This document shows positions 11,941 through 24,680 of a stretch of 64,000 bases of DNA, piece after piece. The first letter of the stretch is position 1. Every line of letters starts with the position of its first letter. Origin of the DNA: Sphyrna mokarran (lineage: Eukaryota); assembly GCA_024679065.1 (NCBI GenBank), contig JAGIQG010000032.1, positions 18,662,001 through 18,726,000 of the forward strand. The letters run 5' to 3'. Below the pieces are notes generated by a model. It was not told where the DNA came from and did not search any database. It saw nothing but the letters and a program-made list of their open reading frames with translations. Made by a program: the position numbers and the translations under genes.

Positions 11941-12630
11941 GATTTGATTTTGATTTGATTTATTATTGGCATATTTATTAACATAATGTGAAAAATATTG
12001 TTTCATGCGTGCTATACAAAGAAAACATACTGTTCATAGAGAAGGAAACAAGGAAGTGCAGAATATGGTGTTACAGTCATAGCCAGGGTGCAAAGAAACA
12101 TCAGCTTTATGCAAGGTAAATCCATTCAAAAGTCTGACAGCAGCAGGGAAGAAGCTGTTCTTGAATCGGTTGGTACATGACCTCAGACTTTTGTACCTTT
12201 CTCCCGAAGGAAGAAGGTGGAAGAGAGAATGTCTAGGATGTGTGGGTCCTTAATTATGCTGGCTGCTTTGTCGAGACAAAGGAAAATGAAGACAGAGTCA
12301 ATGGATGGGAGGCTGTTTTGTATGATGGATTGAGCTATATTCATGATCTTCTGTAGTTCCTTGCAGTCTTGGGCAAAGCAGGAGCCATACCAAGCTCTGA
12401 TACAATCTTTCTATAGTGCATCTGTAAAAGTTGGTGAGAGTCGTAGCTGACATGCCAAATTTCCTTCGTCTTCTGAGAAAGTAGAGGTGTTGATGGGCTT
12501 TCTTGACTATAGTGTCAGCATGGGAGGATCAGGACAGGTTGTTGGAGATCTGGACATCTAAATAGTTCTCAATTCTTTCTACTGCATCACCATTGATGTA
12601 GACAGGGGCATGTTCTCCTTTACAATTCCA
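11941..12630 (-). mobile_element. Rex1/Babar-clade LINE 3' fragment
   Basis: Minus-strand peptides KKAHQHLYFLRR.RKFGMS.TTLTNFYRCTIE and LLPSGERYKSLRS.TNRFKNSFFPAAVRLLN; (AAATC)n tail. Confidence 0.85.
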
Positions 12631-13445
12631 AAATCGATTCTCCAGAGTAACTACAAACTTTGAACATTGTTCCTGATCTCTCAAGGGTGACCAAATGATG
12701 CAAAACAGATTGGAAATATTTTGTCAAAATCCTAGTTAATGAGGGAGTATCACCTTCGCTACCCTTATTTTTTAAAAATAAAACATTTACAAAGATTTAC
12801 AATCAACTTCAAAGTCCTTTTAACGCCTGTCTTTTAGTTCACTTTTCTTTGTATTAAGATTAGGCCAGTTATCCGTGTCCGCAAACAATATTAATTCTGA
12901 CTCATTGTCTGTTCCAAATCAGTTATCCAGATGTCTTTTGCAGCTCCATTTGAAAAATGTAAAACCAGAACATCATAAAATTAGAGATTAAAGTAATAAA
13001 ATTCCTTGTAGATTGCAAATCAATAGCCGTGATTTTACGTTTGCAAATTGGAATTGCTGCTGTCCCATGCATGAGTAAAATTCAGAGTGCTGACATTAGG
13101 TCACAAACCCACCATCAACCGCCAGCTTCCAGCTTCCCGTAACAAGGTAGGTAGACAGGCACTGGAATTGATAGCTTGCCAGCCAGGAAATTGAGCTTGT
13201 TAACAAGGCAAATATCACAAACATTGCACCGCCTACTCCATAATGTGATTGGCATGAGTTAGCAAGCAAGAGTGGGAGTCTGCTTTTCGCCATCAGAGGT
13301 GAAAAGGTGAGAAGGCAGGAGAGTACAATCTTTAGCAGGGGTGTCCTGTGCATATCGACGACACTTCCCCTCAAAATGATATACATATCCTCCCTCTCTT
13401 TATGTCTCCCAGCCTGACCTTGAAAACAAAAGCCCCACTTACCCG

Positions 13446-14257
13446 GCAGATGGACTTCAATGCAGATAAATGTGTAGTGGTCCATTTTGGCAGGAATAAT
13501 GGGATGAAGGAGTACAGTGTAAGGGGTAGGAGTCTTAGCTGTGTTGTAGAGCAAAAGGATCTCGGGGTCCGGGTCCATAGGACTCTTAAATCGGCCTCAC
13601 AGGTGGAGGAAGTGGTCAAGAAGGCGTACGGTGTACTGGCCTTCATTAATCGAGGAATAGAGTTTAGGAGTCAGGAGATAATGATGCAGCTCTATAAGAC
13701 TCTTGTCAGACCCCAGTTGGAGTATTGTGCACAGTTCTGGTCGCCTCATTATAGGAAGGATATAGAGGCTATTAAGAGGGTTCAGAGGAGATTTACAAGG
13801 ATGCTGCCTGGATTGGGAGGCAGGCCTTATGAAGATAGGTTGAGGAAGCTGGGACTCTTCTCACTGGAGAGACGTAGGTTGAGAGGCGATCTGATAGAGG
13901 TTTATAAAATGTTGAGAGGAATAGATAGGGTGGACTCTCAGAGACTATTTCCCTGAGCGGAAATGGTCAATACGAGAGGACACAGATTTAAGGTGCAGGG
14001 AAGCAAATATAAAGGAGATGTCAGGGGTCGGTTTTTCACTCAGAGGGTGGTGAGTGAATGGAACCGACTGCCGTCGGAGGTTGTTGAGGCAAACTCACTG
14101 GGGTTTTAAGAGACTCTTTTAAGAGACTTCTGGATGAATATATGGAAAAGAATAGGATAGGGGGTTATAGATAGGTCTGTGGATTAGTAGATGTGATCGG
14201 CGCAACTCGTGGGCCGAAGGGCCTGTTTGTGCTGTATTGTTCGATGTTCTATGTTCT
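13446..14257 (+). mobile_element. Young CR1 3' fragment
   Basis: ORF 13348-13956: QMDFNADKCVVVHFGRNN...YCAQFWSPHYRKD...RGDLIEVYK; tail TTCTATGTTC; CpG retained. Confidence 0.95.
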
Positions 14258-14559
14258 TAGCTCATCATCTCCCAAGGATGCCCAATCCCTCCCGTGTTAT
14301 AAGGAGGTTCTCTAGCTGGAGTGGGATTCCATAGTGGGGAGTGGAGGGGAGATTCTGAATTGGGAGGAGGTTCTTTTTTACTATTTTTATCATTCTGTCA
14401 AGACGTAGGTTGTTGGTGAGGCAGGCTTTGCCTGCCAGCATGATATCACTAAACCTTCCTCCTTCATTTTTTTTGTCTAAGTGTTTAGAAATATGGCAGG
14501 AGAAGCTGACAGTGCAGCCAACAGCTTATACTTTGCTATTCGCATCTGCGTTGACACTT

Positions 14560-15418
14560 AGAGTCACAGAGCAATACAGGACGGAAACAGGCCTTTCTGC
14601 TCAATCGTTCCATGCTGAACATAGTGCCCTCCCAGCTAGCCTCAATAGCCCATGATTAGCTCATATCCTCTAATTCTTTCCCATCCGTGTACTTATCCAA
14701 ATATTTTTTAAATGTTGCTATTGTACTTGCCTCAACCACTTTCTCTAACAGCTCATTCCATATGCGCACTACTCTCTGCATAAAGAAGTTATCCCTCAGG
14801 TCGCTTTTAAATCTTTCCCCTCTTCCCTTAAATCTATGCCTTCAAGTTTGCAATTTCCTTACACTGGGAGAAAGACTATGTGCGTTCATCCTATCAATGC
14901 CCCTCATGATTTTACATATGTTCATAAGGTCACCCCTCATTCTCCTACATTTCAAGAAATAAAGTCCTAACTTAGCCAATCACTCCCTATAACTCAGACC
15001 CACAAGTCCTAGCAGCATCCGCATAAATCTTCTCTGTACTTTTTCTAGTTTACCAATGTCTTCCCTGTAACAGGGGTGACCAAAACTGTACACAATACTC
15101 TAAGTGTGGCTTCTCCAATGACTTATACAACTGTAACATAACGTCCCAACTCCTATACTCATTGGCCTGACTGATGGCCAGTCAGCTAAATGCCTTCTTC
15201 ACCACCTTGTCTACCTGTACGCCACTTTCAACAAACTATGTACTTGTACTCCCAGGTCCCTCTGTTCCTCAACAATCCCCACGGGCCCTATCATTCACTG
15301 GTTTGGCTTTCCAAATGCAACACCTCACAATTATCTGTGTTGAAATCCATTTGCAAATCCTTGGCCCACTTCCCTAACTGATCAAGCTCCCCCTGTAATT
15401 TTTGATAACCTTTGGCAC
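14560..15418 (-). mobile_element. CR1 3' fragment
   Basis: LDQLGKWAKDLQMDFNTDNCEVLH and downstream CR1 motifs on the minus strand. Confidence 0.9.
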
Positions 15419-15843
15419 TTGGATAAAAAATGAGAAAATCCCACCCTTTTTTGATTATTTTCTTTGAACAATTTTGGTTCAAAATATTGAAAATGTTGAA
15501 AATGAGGAGAAAAGGTTGTTTGGCTAACAAACAAGTATTATCCAATTGGGTAAGAGTTTTTTGCTTCTCAATTGACTTTGGAAGGCAGTATGTCACAAGG
15601 AAGGATGGATTGGTTGATTCATAGCTGGAGTGTTGGGTTAAGTTATGTGATGAAATCTCTAGGAATACATTGAAACAAAATTGGCAACCCCAGTTTTGGG
15701 TGGCCTTTTTTAAAACTGGTCGGTTCAAGCAGTATTCTCACGCTATAAAATCCAGCTCAAAAGATGTGCATGACTGTACCATTGGTATTTCCAAAGAGGA
15801 AATTAATTACTTATCAGCTGCATGATTGCTGGTATTATAGTTT

Positions 15844-17685
15844 CATAGAGGTTTACAGTATGGAGACAGACCCTTTGGCCTAACTTGTCCAAGCTGCCCA
15901 GTTTTTACCCTTAACCTAGTCCTAATTTGCCCATGTTTGGCCCATATTCCTCTATACGCATCACACCCATGTAACTGTCTAAATGCTTTTTAAAAAAGAC
16001 AAAATTGTACCCACCTCTACTACTGCTTCTAGTAACTCAGTCCAGATACTCACCACCATCTGTGTGAAAAAATTTCCCCCCTGGACCATTTTGTATCTCT
16101 GCCCTCTCACTTAAACCTATGCCCTATAGTTTTAGACTCTCCTGCCTTTAGGGAAAGATGTTGATTCTTTACCTTATCTATCCTTCTCATTATTTTATAG
16201 ATCTCTACAAGATCATCCTTAAGCCTCCTATGCTCCAGGGAAAAAAGTCCCAGCCTATCCTGCCTCTCCTTATAACTCAAACGATCAAGTCCCAGTAGCA
16301 TCCTAGTAAACTTTTTCTGCATTTTTCTAGTATAAGAATACCCTTTCTACAATAGTAGAAATATACCCAATATTCCAAGTGTCGCCTTACCAATATCTTG
16401 TACAACTTCAACAAGGCATCACAACTCCTGTATTCAATATTCTACCATCTTCAGCACTTTGTCCACTTGTGATTCCACTTTCAAGCAGCTATGAACCTAT
16501 ACCCCCAGATCTCTTTGTTCTATGTCTCTCCCCAACGCCCTAACATTAACTGAATAAGTCCTGCCTGGTTCGACCTATCAAAATGTATCACCTTGCATTT
16601 ATCTAAACTCCATCTGCGATTCATCAGCCCGCCAGCCCAACTGATCAAGATCCCTTTGAAATCCTGAACTACCTTCTTCATTGTCCACTATGGTACCAAT
16701 CTTGGAGTCATCTGAAAATTTACTAACTATGCCTCCTAAATTCTCATCCAATCATTAATATAATTGATAAATAACAGTGGACCCAGTGCCAATCACTGAA
16801 GCACACTGCTGGTCACAGGTCTCCAGTTTGAACAATATCCTGTACAACCATCCTCTTCTATCATCAAGCCAATTTTGTATTCAATTAGTTATGTCACCCT
16901 GGATCCCTTGAGACTTAGCCTCATGCAACAACCTACCATGTGGTATCTTGTCAAAGGCTTTGCCAAACTCCATGTCAACAACATCAACTGCACAACATCA
17001 ACATCATCTACCTTCTTGGTTACCCCTTCAAAAAACTTAATTAAATTCATGACACATGATTTTCCACTCATAAAGCCTTGCTGACTGTCCCTAATCAGTC
17101 CTTGCCTCTTTAAATGCTTACAGATCCTGTCCCTCAGAATACCTTCTGACAATTTACTTACTACAGATTTGAGGCTCACTGCAGATCCCAGGCTTTTCCC
17201 TGCAGCCCTTCTTAAACAAAGATATAATATTTGACACTCCTCAGTCTTCAGATACACCTATGGCTGTCAATGATTCAAATATCTCTGCTAGGAGACTATA
17301 ATTTCCTCCCTAGCCTCCACAACATTCTGAGAGATACGTAATCAAATCCCACAGATTTATCTACCATGATGCACTTTAAGTCCTCCAGTACCTGCTTCTC
17401 TGTGATATCCACATTCTTCAAGACATCACTATTTATTTCTCCAAGTTTGCTAACATCGATGTATTTCTCAACAATAAATAGTGATGAGAAATATTCATTT
17501 AGGATCTCACTCAGCTCTTGTGGATCCACACATAGATGCTTTGTTGATCCTTACTCCTTCCCTAATTACCATTTTCCCATTTATGTATTAGTAGAAGATC
17601 TTTAGATTCTCCTTTGCCGTATCTGCCAAAGCAATCTTGCATCCCCTTTTTGCCCTCCTGATTTCTCTCTTAACTGTACTCTGTC
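15844..17685 (-). mobile_element. Decayed CR1, RT to 3' end
   Basis: ORFs 16107-16322, 16889-17257 (IRDSQQGFMSGKSCVMNLIKFFEGVT) and 17296-17529. Confidence 0.9.
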
Positions 17686-17699
17686 TTGGCGCACAAAGA

Positions 17700-17840
17700 T
17701 AGCATGAGTCAAGACAGAAAAGATCCTTCCCATTCTACATTAAATTTTATATCATGTCCAATCATTGACGATCTGTGTCTTTTTCTCATACAAATGCTGC
17801 CTGGACTACTATGCATTTCTAGAATTCCCTGTTTCTATTT
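17700..17840. mobile_element. Penelope-type repeat fragment
   Basis: CAAATGCTGCCTGGACT..TGCATTTCTAGAATTCCCTGTTTCTATTT resembles the element at 30210-30385. Confidence 0.45.
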
Positions 17841-18820
17841 TGGATACATAGTATTTGTCGTTTTTCATCTGTATTCTACTACACAATATTATCATTTGTG
17901 AAAAAAGTCTCAGATCAAGAGAGATAAGGGAGTCTAAATTTAGAAATTACTCATGGTAACTCAGCCAGACAAATATTTAATGCTTTCATGGAACACTCTT
18001 TATTCATTATTTTACTGTCTAAAATAGCAGATAGAAGGTTTGTGATGTAAAGATGCTTCTGTCCGTAATGTTTTTGTACTTCTTGGGTTCATTAATTTCT
18101 AAAAAAGCCTGTATTAATGAATCATATAATATAATTGGCATATCCATGTATGGACTTTACAGAGCTATTGCCTGTTGCTTATTTGTACCTTATTGCTCCG
18201 ATATCAGAATTGATAACAACCAGTGCTTCTTATCAACATAAATAAAATTTGGTTAAGTGTTAAAATGTTTTAATAGAATGAAAAGTGAATATCAAATATC
18301 AGACATTTTCAATGATGCTAAAATCAAACAAAAAGTTGAATTCTTTCAGGATGCCTAATGCAATACAGATATAGGAGAAGTGATTGTTAGCTATTGATCT
18401 CACCATAGATGTGCATTGAACTGGCTTATAAGTTTTGTAATTCATGATATTCATCGAAGTAAATTACTTTTACTGAAAACATAATCACAATCATTTAAAT
18501 TACAAAGCTCAGAAAATAAGTCCAGTGCTTAGCTTTGTATACTATCAATAATAAAAACTGATTTAGTACAAGGGCAATTGAAAAAAATAGGTATTTTCTT
18601 TAGCAGGACATTGTATATTTACTTTTTCCATTACAAAGAGAAGCTTTAACTCCAAAACAAATATCTTACACAGATCTAAAAAACCATCTGCTTTACATTA
18701 CCTATTCTGAGCACAGGAGCAGGCTATGGTAATGCAGTAGGATGTGCAGTGCTAAAGAGAGAACTCTCAAACTGTATTAGATTGCACCTCCCTTTGATCA
18801 AAAAGTGGTATTACATTCAT

Positions 18821-18978
18821 GAGAAGTCTCACAACACCAGGTTAAAGTCCAACCAGTTTATTTGATAGCAAAAGCCACTAACTTTTGCTGCCAAATAAAC
18901 CTTTTGGACTTTACCCTGGTGTTGTGAGGTTTCTTACTGTGTTTGCTCCAATCCAACACGGGCATCTCCACATCATGA
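18821..18978. mobile_element. Penelope-type fold-back element
   Basis: AAGTCTCACAACACCAGGTTAAAGTCCAA..TTTATTTG inverted against CAAATAAACC.TTGGACTTTA.CCTGGTGTTGTGAG, ending GCATCTCCACATCA. The family assignment comes from recalled shark repeats. Confidence 0.65.
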
Positions 18979-19219
18979 TTACACTTGTGACCAGCTGATT
19001 TTTTTGATAAGACTGAATGAGTAAATGCTTACGTATAAGAAAACTCATTCAGAAGTTAACATTAAATTGGAGCCCAGAGGAAACACCATATAAACATATA
19101 AACAGGGCTAGCATTCTATTAGTGCCATTGAAAGCAAGCTCGAGCTGATAGCTAAGCAATAGCAGATAATCAATTTTCAAATAATCAATCAACTTTACAA
19201 TGAGCTCCTGAAGAGCCAC

Positions 19220-19312
19220 AGTAAGAAGTCTCAGAACACCAGGTTAAAGTCCAACAGGTTTATTTGGTAGCATGAATTTTTGGAGTGCTGGAGAGCCAGC
19301 ATCTCCACATCA
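19220..19312. mobile_element. Second partial copy of the 18821 element
   Basis: AGTAAGAAGTCTCAGAACACCAGGTTAAAGTCCAACAGGTTTATTTGGTAGC...GCATCTCCACATCA. Confidence 0.7.
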
Positions 19313-20462
19313 GAACCACAGAAACCCTGCTTTTTGAAGGGCAAATGTTTTCTTGATTAAAGTTTTCTTCCGTTCTTCACCCTTTCCTTCGTTTGCCAGT
19401 CCTCTTTCTAACATATCCATATGTTTAAAATACAATCCAAGTTACATTTTGCTCCTGTCTGATTTCCATTCCAGAGATGAACTGAAATTATTTGATTGCC
19501 AGTATTCTCCCTCCTTAATTGCACCTGTGCATTGTGCAGACACCGTGTGGGGCTGTCAGCATGAATTAAAATCAAGCTTCCCACCTACTGAGAAGCTGTT
19601 ATGCAACAGGAATCTTGAGTCTGGTTAAGAGTGCGTAAGTGCATTCCCCAGAGTGACCTACAGATGACTACCTCTTTTATTTCAAGTATTATTAATTTCT
19701 AATCTTATATGTGAGTACATATAGTAACAAGGTTGATAATGAAATGAAATTCATTTTCATGAATTAACACTAATACTAATATTTTGTGTGAGAAGTTTTA
19801 GAAAACTCATTTTACATTTGAATTTGCATAGAGATATTGGTTTATTATGAAGGCATGCATAGAATTATCATCAAGAATATGGGCAGTTGTTTGAAAAGTG
19901 CAGATTGAAAGATGTAACAAGAGTCCAGAAGGAAATTGGACCATGTGCTTTATAACAACTGCAAAAAATAATGAGAAAATTATTATTAGTTAGCATTTTA
20001 TCTTTTCCAAACAGGTCCATACACATTATGCTGGTAAGACACAATAAATACTTAATTTAGTAATTAGCCATACTGGGATAGTTACAGTTTCATAACACAA
20101 ATTCATGTGACATGAACAACAATACTGGATTGCTAAATATCCAACCAAAAGTGGCTAATTACAAGTCAGGCTCCAGTGTGCTGCACATATTAACTGATGT
20201 AATTGAGCTAAAGGGAAAACTCAACAGGATCACAAGATTACATTTCCTGTCTTGAGATTTCCTGTCTAGAGCAGTTTAAAATTGATGAAGATTTTGCTCA
20301 GATTTGGATTGCTTTTGGGTACATAATACATTGTAAATTGTTGCCATCAGTGCACCCCCTGTCATTAATATATGTTAATACTCAGACTGAAGAAGTAATG
20401 ATTATAGCAGATTGGAAAATTATTTAAATATTATTATGAATTTCTATTGCAATACATAACAT

Positions 20463-20753
20463 GGGGGTGGTACAGTGGTTAGCATTGTTGTCTCACCACT
20501 TCAGCGACCCAGGTTCAATTCCAGCCATTACTGCCTGTGTGGAGTTTGCACATTCTTCCTTGTGTCTGCGTGGGCTTCCTCCAGTTTCCTCAGAGAGTTC
20601 AAAGATGTGCACATTAGATGGATTGACCATGGGAAATGGTCGAGGATAGGGCAGGAGAGTGGGCCTGGTAAGTTACTCTGATAGAGAGTCAGTAGAGACT
20701 CAATAGGCTGAATGGCCTGTTCCACGCTGTAGGAATTCGCGATGATTCTATGA
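20463..20753 (+). mobile_element. HE1/V-SINE
   Basis: Head GTGGTACAGTGGTTAGCA, B box GGTTCAATTCC, V core and CR1 tail. Confidence 0.9.
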
Positions 20754-21489
20754 ATGAGTTAACTTCACTTTAAATAGCAGATAAAGGTAAACATGTTAAG
20801 ACTTTGCATTTCTGATATTCATTGAACATATTTTCAAGACTAATAATCTCAACAAGGATGACGAACGGAGAATGAAGCTCAAATTCTAGACTTTTTATTT
20901 AGTTCCAGTGAAGGGGTTCATTTTCAGTGAAATATATTTCAAGTCTTTTAATTGCCAGGAACAGGTGCTATGACACCCATCTATGACTAATGCATTCCCT
21001 TAGGTTGATGACATCTACAGAAAGGATTAAAAATGTGACTTAATAACTGCAGTTTACAATTATCAACAAATGATTACCAGGAAACACCACAGTACATATT
21101 ACAAATTTATAATTCACAATTAACTAGTTAAGCAATTGCCTTTAGGAGATCTTAAATTTGATCTCATAAATAAGCAGTGACACTATGTTGAATTCCTTCA
21201 TTGGTATTAATTGTGCCCTGGCTATCAAAAATAAAATTCAAACGCCAAAGCCAAGAAATAATGCTTCAAATTGCTGTATAAAGATTTAGCATAAATATAA
21301 ATTTTAAAATAAATCTTTTAATGTAAAATTTGAAAGGGATATTATGTTCATGTGCTGAGTATTTACATGCTAAAATTATACAACTGTTTCTGAGTTTATG
21401 CAGCATTGAAAGAATTTTTTGTTTTTGCAATCAATGTTGTAATTTATTCCAATAATTTATCAATTATTTCACTTGCTAAGGCATAAAAA

Positions 21490-22170
21490 ACAGGATTCAC
21501 TGAGCCTGCTATCCTGGCAGGAATCCCAACAGCCCGCTGAATCAGGCATCAGGTCTAAAACCAGATTTCCAGCAGGTGGCAAACTCATCATGATGCTCCT
21601 GGCCCACCCTGCCTTGCCCATCCTGCCTGGCCCACTCCGCCTAACCCCTCTCCAGCCCCAATTGTGCCCACAAAAAACTGCTAATACACATTAAATTAGT
21701 GGGCTGGAAGCCTGATTCAATGCCCTCCCATGATGCACCTATCCCCTCAATGGAAAATCCACCAGTGAACTTTGGTGCAGCTCCTGACAAATGTGGGCCT
21801 TGCACCTTGTACTCTGAAGTAGGCAAATGGTGTCCCATGTGCCCTTCTGCCACTGCCAGATCGCAGAAGGTGGGTCAGATTCACTTGCCTCTTCAGCCTT
21901 GCCATTGAAGATGCTCACCAACAAGGATCATGCGTGTGTTCAATGATGATCCTGTAGGATCAGATGTGATTGCCTCACTGGTAGGTCCCCACTGGGAGGT
22001 TCCTTGGGCAGTGCCAGCATGGCACTGTCTACCAAGCATCCTGGCACTTACAGCCTGGTGCACTGGCAGTGTCCATCTGATACTGGCCCCTGGGGACAAA
22101 CTGGGAAGGGCTGATGAGGGCAGCCATTCTGAGTTGGGGGACATGCTGCACATTCTGCAACCACAATCAT
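21490..22170. repeat. GC-rich interspersed repeat, possibly Harbinger-related
   Basis: Abrupt GC rise against an AT-rich background, similar in style to 13100, 24120, 41030 and 54820; no decisive motif. Confidence 0.35.
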
Positions 22171-23436
22171 TTGTTCTGTGCGCAGGGGGATTTGGCTTCA
22201 GAGCTCTACAAAAACAGGGGAGGTTATGAAAGCGATGAGAATATTGATAATAATTTTGATTCTATAATGTTGTTTTGATGGGTCAAAGAAAAAACTTGTG
22301 GGACCATTTATAGCAGGAAACGAAGATGATTTCTGGAAGAAACAAACACGATGGGCTGAAGGACCTTTTCCTGCATCATGCTTTCTTTTGTCTTACTTTC
22401 AGCATGGTAAATTTGCACTACTAATAGCCCTTGAAACTCCTGTGAATCTGAGGTATCATATAGGTTGTGTCTTCCCAGAAGTGAATCAATGTATCCTGGT
22501 AAGCAGCAATTGGTTTATATAATTACTGAAATTTGATTTGACTTTTTAAACATTGATTTCTGCTGGCAGTTTTCTCTCTCATCCTTGCAATTGCATTTCC
22601 ATTGGTAAAATTTGCATTGCAGAAACCAACAAAATTTAGGAGCTAAATAAATTGTCAAATAAAGGTTCATGGAAAGAAAATTCAGAAGCTTAACACATCT
22701 TTGAAAATGATGCAAAACTTCTGTAAGACTATTAAAGGATTAACTATCAATAAATTATTGAATAAATACACATGTGCAATCTCCAGAAGACTTTCTTAAG
22801 TTGATCACTCCCAGCTGTGTATCTTACTTCAATCTTGCGATAAGCAGACACTGATCCTAACCAGTGCAGCACTTAACTTTGGTGATTTGTTATCACACAT
22901 GATATGTAGAATTGGCAGGCATTGACCAATTTAAACAAGTTTGTAATTACAAGTGGACTTTTTATTTCTTCTTTCATTCTGCAGTGCATTTCTGAATGTA
23001 ATACATTTGATTAAGGGGACAGACTATCAACTTGCTTCAGTGTGCCTATCTGTACTACTTTACCTTAGTGCTTCCTTACAGTAATGTGGCAGCACAATGG
23101 AACCCATTGAAGCTATGTGCATGTGTGATAGGGAAGTTGGTGTCTATGATTGACAAATCCGAAATTAATTATGAAAGGATTGAACCTGGTTTTCTCACAT
23201 TCTAGGGTTTATTATGCTCTCATTAACCACAAATATTTCTCACAGGTGCTGTGATGATAACAGGAATTAAAAAGAAGATGCAGTGACTTACTCCAGATAG
23301 AAGAAGGAAAGGTCTACAAGATTGCCATCTGACACCAAAATTAATTTGTCAAAACTTCAATGTAGATATTAACAAATTTACAAGATAGAAACAAATCATC
23401 TCTGCTCATTTATTCTAAAAGAACTGACAGTGCTCT

Positions 23437-23643
23437 TGTAATAACTCCACAGAGGTGAAAGTCCCATCACCAGGTTACTTTATTTACACTATATATCTGT
23501 ACAAAGCCAGCTCCCTGCTGAATACAGACTGTGAGTCTGACACACCTGCTTTAAATAGGAAGCATGAGGCTCTCTAATTTAACAATCAATTAGGACTCCA
23601 AGTACTGCAAGCCAACCTCATTAGCCTAGCTGAAGTCATCACA
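23437..23643 (-). mobile_element. Solo LTR (207 bp)
   Basis: Termini TGTAAT...ATCACA; TATA-like then AATAAA in order on the minus strand; degenerate 5-bp flanks GCTCT/GCACC. Confidence 0.65.
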
Positions 23644-24119
23644 GCACCGATCACACCATCAAAAGAATTCAATGATTCCATTGCTCTTGCTTAACCTTAT
23701 GGCTTTGACCAATTGTCTCCCTTGAAAATCTACAACACTATTCTTAAGAAAGCATGCATCCAAATCTATTCCAAAGTTATTTATCGAAACAGTGTGAAGT
23801 ATTTTTGCAGATGATTTATTATCCAATAGTTTTAACATAATAGAAATGTTTTCATCTGTAAAGTGTAAAGTGTAAACTCATCTTTTCATCTTAATCCTCT
23901 ATTTCACATTAAATAACCTTCCATTATTTAATAATGACCATTATTAGAGGAAGCAATTCTGATAAAAAAATCTAATTTAGTTTACAAATTGTGTTTGTCG
24001 GAATGACGATGAATGTCATCAATAACACAGTCCACTTCTTAATGAGTTAAGTCTCCTACAAAATGTATTAAGAATATTTTAAATTGATTACAAATGTTAG
24101 ACAGGAACAACACAGAATA

Positions 24120-24680
24120 TTGAGCAGTCAACAATTTTTCTTGCAAACAAGATGGAGAGCAAATCGCATTCCCAACTTTCCCAAATTAAGTCCAGGATGG
24201 GTAGGGTTGAGAATGGCAATCCTACCTGGAGGCCAATTGAGGCTTAACTGGGCATTTCTTTTTGAACATCCCATGGCCAAAAGAGGGATTCATTGGCAGC
24301 AAGCATTACCTCCGCACAATGACCATCCACATCCCACCATCACACCCACCAACTCATCTTTTACACTGACATTCCCTCCCCCTGCTCACTGGGGTCACCC
24401 TGCCTGTCATGGCCCCGACAATCCTAACCTATTTACACATTTTCCCAGGCTCCAGAAATGGCTTATCTTGTGGGACCAGGTGCAATACTTGCAGTGGCCA
24501 CTGCTCCCAGTGGTGCTGCAGGCACAGATGAGCTATCAGCTTGTGACTGACCAGCAGCTCCTGGAGGGAGAAAAATGCAGCATGCAGGAACCTGGAAGCC
24601 TGAGAGCAGCAAACAAGCTGCCTAATTGGGGTTACCAGTTCTTTAGTCACCAGACAGGCCCATTACATTCTGTCAAATGT
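24120..24680. repeat. GC-rich interspersed repeat, possibly Harbinger-related
   Basis: Composition only; the overlapping 234-aa ORF has no recognisable motif. Confidence 0.35.

Noticed and set aside
22403-22498. 96-nt open segment with acceptor and GTAAGC donor
   Set aside because: The pyrimidine tract comes from a CR1 tail and the peptide is unrecognisable; likely a pseudo-exon, though RNA-seq could revive it.
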